Assembly: GCA_012838035.1 (NCBI GenBank)
Contig: DUQB01000159.1
Span: 1-63,620, forward strand
Length of the DNA: 63,620 bases
Source of the DNA: Bacillota bacterium
Lineage (GTDB): Bacteria; Bacillota; Limnochordia; DTU080
Direction of reading: 5' to 3'
Shown here piece by piece: positions 58,472-63,620 of the stretch (positions are counted from its first letter, which is position 1; every line of letters begins with the position of its first letter). The notes beneath the pieces are model-generated. The model did not search any database and was not told the origin of the DNA. It saw nothing but the letters and a program-made list of their open reading frames with translations. Both the position numbers and the translations under genes were made by a program.

Positions 58472-58580
58472 AAAAGTGCCCCAGTCTTAGGATTACACTG
58501 GGGATTGACTAAACACGAGATTACGGTGTAAAAGCGTTTCCCACCGCTGGTGTTCCGCGGAGGTGGGAGCGCAGTCCACT
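58472..58580 (-). ncRNA. Candidate riboswitch/attenuator leader of the DUF1846 gene
   Basis: Three-stem arrangement followed by a CCCCAGU/ACUGGGG terminator and UUUU. Confidence 0.45.
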
Positions 58581-58585
58581 TGGTC

Positions 58586-58613
58586 ATTATACCATTCGAT
58601 TCAGCTTCGGCAA
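58586..58613 (-). promoter_or_regulatory. Sigma-A promoter for the DUF1846 leader
   Basis: TTGCCG-N16-TATAAT with extended -10 TG. Confidence 0.6.
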
Positions 58614-58828
58614 GGTATACACGGCCGGATCCGCAACGAAGTACAGACTAAGCCTACCAAAAAGTTGGCGATCCACCTTGATAATCCTGCCATATTACCC
58701 CAATAAATCGTAGAGCATAACTTGACCTATACGCCCTAAACAAGCAGGAACCGGGAGCACAATGCTGAAATGAGTGAGGTTGTCCATCGCCCACCGCTTA
58801 CCTCGCTGAACTCGTAAGGAGTGGTCCC

Positions 58829-60184
58829 ATGACAAGCACGCTCAGGAAAAACATATGGCTTGGCAGCTTAATATCCATCGGCAGCGTTGTAGCAATCATT
58901 TTTTTATATGCCGTAGCACACGAAGGCGGACACGCGCTGGCCGTTCTTCTATTCGGCGGTGAAGTGACTCGTTTTGAGGTAAACTTCCTGAGGAGCTCGC
59001 CTAGTATCAGCTATATAGGCATAGTCCGCCCCCTGCAAAAGGCTATGGTAAGTTTGGCAGGTCCCATATTCCCTCTTCTTTTTATGCCCTTCTTAGTGAG
59101 GTTACTACCCAAAACGAAGAACCTCATTCTGCGTAGCGCTTTACTGAGCCTGCTTTCGGCTCTGCTGTTTACCATCGTCAGCTCCATGATCATCGCCGCA
59201 GCCTATGGTTTAGGCGCACAGCTTTCCAGGGAAGATATCGTCAAGTTCATTTCGTATTCCGGCGCTCATCCTTTTGCTGTGGCGGGCGCTTTTTTGCTGC
59301 TACTGGTCTTATCGGCGGTTCTACTTGTGAAAGTGGGACGGATTATGGAGGTGTTGCACGCACTAGGGCAAGACTTGCGTCGGATTGCTTCTCCTGCCAA
59401 ACACGTCGTCCGGGCAAAAGTTTTTACCATACTGGTCGTCTTGGTCATCGGCGCCATAGCACTGTCCAACGCGGTTAGTCGTACGCCGAGCAACAGCGCT
59501 CTAAGTTTCCAAACTAAGCTTTCTCTGGATTTTTTCGGACCTACCCAAATCTATGCATTCCAAGTGTCGGAGCCGACCACGTACAATTTTATGTATTCCT
59601 TGAACACCGACTCCAAAGTCACGCTTCGTCTTACCAACCTGGATGGTATTCCTCTCCCCTTTAACAACGAAACGTCAATCGTCATGTATCAGGGCGGTGA
59701 GGATGTCCAACAAGCGTACTTTACGGGGTTTCTACTCTCGGAAGGCAATTATGCGGTGGAAATGATCACAGCGGGACAAGGCTCAATCAAAATGCAAATC
59801 GGCACGGAGGAACCAGGTCCTGCGCAACTTCAGTATCACGCCTTACTTGAGCGGATCAACGCCGGTACCTTTACCGCCGAGAGCTACCATGAGCCCGGAT
59901 ACGAGCTGATTCATCACGAACAAGTTAAACCGGGAACAGATCAACTGTTGGTGACACTACCCGGAACCAAAAACCAAAGGCAAGCGTCCGTCTTTATCGT
60001 AGGTGACTATAAGGATGTAGAAGTGGTTTATGTAGCCGACGGCGAAAGACGCACTCTCCTCAATGGTTTCTTTCGTGCCACCATTGGGTATGGCCTACCC
60101 GCACATCAAAGCATAGGCGAGTTCAGGTTGACTGCGGTGGACCCAAACGCAGAACTATACCTGTTTCTGCATGAGGATGAGTAA
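58829..60184 (+). CDS. M50-like membrane metallopeptidase with large C-terminal extracellular domain
   Basis: HEGGH, VSLAGP, about five or six TM helices, then a beta-rich soluble region; AAGGAG SD. Confidence 0.7.
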   Translation: MTSTLRKNIWLGSLISIGSVVAIIFLYAVAHEGGHALAVLLFGGEVTRFEVNFLRSSPSISYIGIVRPLQKAMVSLAGPIFPLLFMPFLVRLLPKTKNLILRSALLSLLSALLFTIVSSMIIAAAYGLGAQLSREDIVKFISYSGAHPFAVAGAFLLLLVLSAVLLVKVGRIMEVLHALGQDLRRIASPAKHVVRAKVFTILVVLVIGAIALSNAVSRTPSNSALSFQTKLSLDFFGPTQIYAFQVSEPTTYNFMYSLNTDSKVTLRLTNLDGIPLPFNNETSIVMYQGGEDVQQAYFTGFLLSEGNYAVEMITAGQGSIKMQIGTEEPGPAQLQYHALLERINAGTFTAESYHEPGYELIHHEQVKPGTDQLLVTLPGTKNQRQASVFIVGDYKDVEVVYVADGERRTLLNGFFRATIGYGLPAHQSIGEFRLTAVDPNAELYLFLHEDE

Positions 60185-60212
60185 CAGACATAATAAGCCT
60201 GTTGGTCGGAAA

Positions 60213-60259
60213 TAAAAAGATCCGAGTTCTGATCTAGACAGGTCAGAGCTCGGATGTTT
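60213..60259. terminator. Hairpin terminator between the M50-like gene and tRNA-Ala
   Basis: ATCCGAG-TTCTGA/TCAGAG-CTCGGAT stem flanked by A and T runs. Confidence 0.7.
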
Positions 60260-60264
60260 GTGCT

Positions 60265-60340
60265 TGGTGGACCTGAACGGGATCGAACCGTCGACCTTTC
60301 GGATGCGAACCGAACGCTCTCCCAGCTGAGCTACAGGCCC
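60265..60340 (-). tRNA. tRNA-Ala (anticodon CGC)
   Basis: 76 nt cloverleaf, G3:U70 identity pair, anticodon arm TTCGG-TTCGCAT-CCGAA, TTCGAT T-loop, ACCA end. Confidence 0.97.
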
Positions 60341-60352
60341 TCAGCTCATCCT

Positions 60353-60381
60353 ATTATACATCAGAAACGCGCATCCGCCAA
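60353..60381 (-). promoter_or_regulatory. Sigma-A promoter of tRNA-Ala
   Basis: TTGGCG-N17-TATAAT. Confidence 0.65.
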
Positions 60382-60664
60382 GCATCTTATGTAAATCATC
60401 TCGGCAATCTTTCCCAGGGTAATCAGCCGTGGCCGACAAGATCTCCTGTTTTGCATTGCGTACTCGCAATTAGCCCAAAGAAGATCACTGCAACAGGTGC
60501 CGGATCATGCCAAGATTTCAGCTCGTGAGATAGTACCTGCGGCACTTCATTTGAGCGCATATCGGCAGCCATACCGGTGGCATGCTATCTAATGCCGTGT
60601 TTGCCGGCTGTTGTTGTGTCCATTACTCAGTATGGAGCTTGACTGGGGAGGTTTACGGTTTTCT

Positions 60665-62545
60665 ATGGTGCTCGAAAACGATGTCGACGTAGTGATCCCG
60701 GATAAGAACCTCATTCCACTGCGCACCTTCCCCATCACCGTTCCGATACTGACATTCCAATTTGATAGCTTGTATCAGCCTCCTCCCGAAGAGGAGTTCA
60801 CTCCGGAGGTACCCGTCACCGAACATTTCGGAGCAGCATTTTCCCGGAGTTCCGTGATGGAGATATTGGAGCGGATCAGCCAAAGGCGCTGGGCGCCGCT
60901 AGATTGGTATCTACTCGCGCACCAGGCGGAGCAGTTGTCACTGCTGACTTCGCGGCACGAATCTCTCTTGGTTCTGACCAATCTGCAAAACCGTTGGAAG
61001 AAAGCCGGCGTAGTAGCCTATCCACACCAAATTGCGGCGACCGAACAGGTGATCAAAGAGATGAACGGCTGCGCCATTCTAGCCGATGAAGTCGGTCTAG
61101 GCAAAACCATCGAAGCTTGTATGATCATGAAGGAGTACATGCTGCGCGGTATGGTGAGCCGTGTTCTTATTCTGACGCCGGCAGGCCTTTGTTGGCAGTG
61201 GTATGGTGAGCTTAAGGAGAAGTTCGGCGTCTTGGCCACGATACAGCGCAGTGAGTACGATTGGGAGCGTAGTCGCGTGATCATCGCCAGCATGGATCGA
61301 GCCAAACGAAATCCACATCGTGAGATCATCCATAGCCTTACCTACGACATGGTGATTATAGACGAAGCCCATAAACTCAAGAACCATAAGACCATGAACT
61401 GGCAATTCGTCAACGGCATCAAAAGGAAGTACACTTTAATGCTGACCGCGACGCCCGTACAAAACGATCTGAGTGAACTCTATACGCTGATTACGCTGTT
61501 AAAACCAGGGCAACTAGGCACCTACCGAGAGTTCAAACGCCACTTCGTCCTGGATAAACGCCTGCCCCGCCAATCCGAAAGACTACGCTGCTTACTATCT
61601 CAGGTAATGATACGCAATCGTCGCGCTACAACCAGCGTGGAATTCACTAAACGCCATGTGCAATCAGTTCCAATTCAATTCTCGCCCGAAGAGGACGCTC
61701 TGTACAAATGCGTGACCTGTTACATGCAGGACAGCGTGCGTGAACTAGGTTATGCGGCGCAGAACGTTTTGGCGCTCATCACGCTGCAGCGCGAAGTCTG
61801 CTCCACGCCGTTAGCCGCAGCCGTCACCTTAGAACGACTCATAGGCAAGTACTCTGAGCCTAAGATGCGCGCCAGGCTGGAACAGTTGCACGCCATGGCC
61901 ATTTCGTGTAGTACGTGCAGCAAAGCGGATCGCCTTATCGAGTTAGTCAACCGCATCGGCGATAAGGTCCTGGTTTTCACTGAGTACCGCGCCAGTCAGC
62001 AGTACCTGCGTTGGCGCTTAGAACAGCATGGTCTGGTTACGCTGGGATTCGACGGAAGCCTTTCAAGCAGCAGAAAGGATTGGGTGCGAGAACTGTTTCG
62101 TCGGCAAGGTGACGTGCTGGTTAGTACGGAGTCGGGTGGCGAAGGTCTCAACTTCCAATTCGCATGTCACGTCATCAACTACGACCTACCCTGGAATCCG
62201 ATGCGCTTGGAGCAACGTATCGGCCGAGTACACCGACTCGGACAAACACGCCCTGTTTACGTCTATAACATGGCTACCGCCAACACCATCGAAGAGCACA
62301 TCCTTTATCTTCTCTATGAGAAGATAAACATGTTTAATCTGGTCATCGGCGATTTAGAGTTGATTTTGGCGGAACTGGGCAATGCTGATAAACTGGAAGC
62401 TCGTTTGTATGAAATAGTCGCGGAAACCGCTCATGACCCCGAAAGACTGCGTCACGCACTGGAGCATTTGGCTCAGGAATTTGCCGGTGCACAGGCTCAA
62501 GTACGCGCACAAAAAGAAAAGATAGATAGCTGGCTGACATGGTAA
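60665..62545 (+). CDS. yqhH: SNF2-family helicase, YqhH-like
   Basis: ILADEVGLGKT, IIDEAH, LTATPVQN, GGEGLNFQ, DLPWNPMRLEQRIGRVHRLGQ; start uncertain. Confidence 0.85.
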   Translation: MVLENDVDVVIPDKNLIPLRTFPITVPILTFQFDSLYQPPPEEEFTPEVPVTEHFGAAFSRSSVMEILERISQRRWAPLDWYLLAHQAEQLSLLTSRHESLLVLTNLQNRWKKAGVVAYPHQIAATEQVIKEMNGCAILADEVGLGKTIEACMIMKEYMLRGMVSRVLILTPAGLCWQWYGELKEKFGVLATIQRSEYDWERSRVIIASMDRAKRNPHREIIHSLTYDMVIIDEAHKLKNHKTMNWQFVNGIKRKYTLMLTATPVQNDLSELYTLITLLKPGQLGTYREFKRHFVLDKRLPRQSERLRCLLSQVMIRNRRATTSVEFTKRHVQSVPIQFSPEEDALYKCVTCYMQDSVRELGYAAQNVLALITLQREVCSTPLAAAVTLERLIGKYSEPKMRARLEQLHAMAISCSTCSKADRLIELVNRIGDKVLVFTEYRASQQYLRWRLEQHGLVTLGFDGSLSSSRKDWVRELFRRQGDVLVSTESGGEGLNFQFACHVINYDLPWNPMRLEQRIGRVHRLGQTRPVYVYNMATANTIEEHILYLLYEKINMFNLVIGDLELILAELGNADKLEARLYEIVAETAHDPERLRHALEHLAQEFAGAQAQVRAQKEKIDSWLTW

Positions 62546-63369
62546 ATGCCACACCAATAGAGAGAAATCAGCTAAAACAATTCACCGTGAACTACTTCAC
62601 GTTACTCGGCGCCGCAGTTACGGAACAAGGCGATTTGTTGCGCGTCGAACTGCTTCCAGATCAACTCGCCGAATTAGAGGGACGCGCTTGGCCGCAATCC
62701 AGCTACTGGCTAAATCAACCCGAAGAAGGCATTACCGTGTTATATCTGGCCTTCGATGCCGCAAACGTATCCCAACACGAACAAGCGGAACTGGTGGCTC
62801 CAGGCAGTCACCGCCTGGAGCAGATGCTTACCTCCGCAAGGAAACATGGGCAGCTGGCCATTTTGCGCTTAGTTCCGCCGGGAACGCCTTGTAGCAGACA
62901 CCAGCCCCACCACCCCTATCTTCTCTTTGTCTTTCGCATTGCGCTCGAAGGGCAACGCAAAACGGAACAGCTATGCACCATCTGCATTGATATGTTGAGC
63001 GGCGAACCATGTCCTCAGCTTTTGCAACACATAAAACAGACTCCGCTGGTGGATAAAGCGGTCAAAAACGTCTTGCCGCGACAAATCAGCTTCCAAACGT
63101 CTTGGCAGACCGCGTGTGCGGAGGTACTGCGGCAGTTGGAACGTCAAGATGACGGATGGGCTCGGGAGTCGCTGTTAGCTTTAGCTCAAGAGCGACGTCT
63201 GGTCGATCTTTTCTATACGGAGCAGGCGCAGAAAGACGCCGGCCGGGCGACTGAGTGGCAAGAACGTGTCGCGGAAGCCGAACGGCGGGTACGGCCGCGA
63301 GCCCTGATCCGTACTGTGCAGTGCGCACTCGTTTTAACGCCGGAAAGCATAGCCAGTACCCTGAACTAA
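62539..63369 (+). CDS. yqhG: YqhG-like protein
   Basis: F..NYF..LGA.V.E N-terminus, GS.RL.Q motif; coupled to the SNF2 gene as yqhG is to yqhH in Bacillus. Confidence 0.65.
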   Translation: MVNATPIERNQLKQFTVNYFTLLGAAVTEQGDLLRVELLPDQLAELEGRAWPQSSYWLNQPEEGITVLYLAFDAANVSQHEQAELVAPGSHRLEQMLTSARKHGQLAILRLVPPGTPCSRHQPHHPYLLFVFRIALEGQRKTEQLCTICIDMLSGEPCPQLLQHIKQTPLVDKAVKNVLPRQISFQTSWQTACAEVLRQLERQDDGWARESLLALAQERRLVDLFYTEQAQKDAGRATEWQERVAEAERRVRPRALIRTVQCALVLTPESIASTLN

Positions 63370-63378
63370 GTGTCTTTC

Positions 63379-63585
63379 TCACTTAACGTCTTCTCGGCGC
63401 CTCTTCAGCCTGGCTATCTGCTGACGCAGAAGTCGCTCCGTGTTCTCAGAAAGCGGCGGTGCCTGTGCACGCTCTATCTCCTCTTCAAGATCAGCAACAG
63501 GCCCTTCAGGCGGCAGCGAAACCAACGGTCTCTTCTTCCGGCGAGGTTGGTAGGGCTCACGTTCAAGTAGAGAGTGTAGAATCAC
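63379..63585 (-). CDS. Small hypothetical protein
   Basis: 68-aa ORF, TAAGGA SD with GTG start, helical charged C-terminus. Confidence 0.45.
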   Translation of the reverse strand: MILHSLLEREPYQPRRKKRPLVSLPPEGPVADLEEEIERAQAPPLSENTERLLRQQIARLKRRREDVK

Positions 63586-63620
63586 TAATGCGGCTTCCTT
63601 ATCGGGGATGCGCCCTTTTG

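Noticed and set aside
1-63620. CRISPR arrays, IS elements, integrases, rRNA
   Set aside because: No regularly spaced repeats, transposase or recombinase motifs, or rRNA signatures seen

Overview
A 63.6-kb, mostly minus-strand, core-genome window from a moderately GC-rich endospore-forming Firmicute (Bacillota; a Clostridia/Limnochordia-like lineage is my inference only). It contains a ROK kinase plus AGE-epimerase pair, tRNA-Pro(GGG), hom-thrC-thrB-lysC, hup, spoIVA, der, a DUF1614-spoIIP-YIEGIA-cap-DUF3189-DUF512 block, hutP-aroH-hisC-aroF-tyrA-cmk-plsC-rpsA, scpAB-ytfIJ-rluB, spoVAF, spoVS, rny, cinA-recA-recX, argS, an FtsH-like protease, spoVT, a PspC/Lia stress pair, ychF, rimO-pgsA, DUF1846, tRNA-Ala(CGC) and yqhH-yqhG-like genes. 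I found no transposase, integrase, prophage or CRISPR array. The most interesting signals are non-coding or at the codon level. (1) rny (RNase Y) appears to start at a non-canonical ATA codon, downstream of a near-consensus sigma-A promoter embedded in the end of recX. A structured leader with a terminator and an anti-Shine-Dalgarno segment lies between them. (2) An attenuator-like ~230-nt leader with UAG-containing repeats precedes a HutP-headed aromatic amino acid operon. (3) A riboswitch-like leader precedes DUF1846. (4) A degenerate copy of the tRNA-Pro 3' end sits exactly 100 bp downstream of the tRNA and folds as a CCA-ended minihelix. (5) An ACP-fold protein lacks the phosphopantetheine serine. 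All family calls come from motif recognition by eye and all RNA folds from manual pairing. No searches or folding programs were run.
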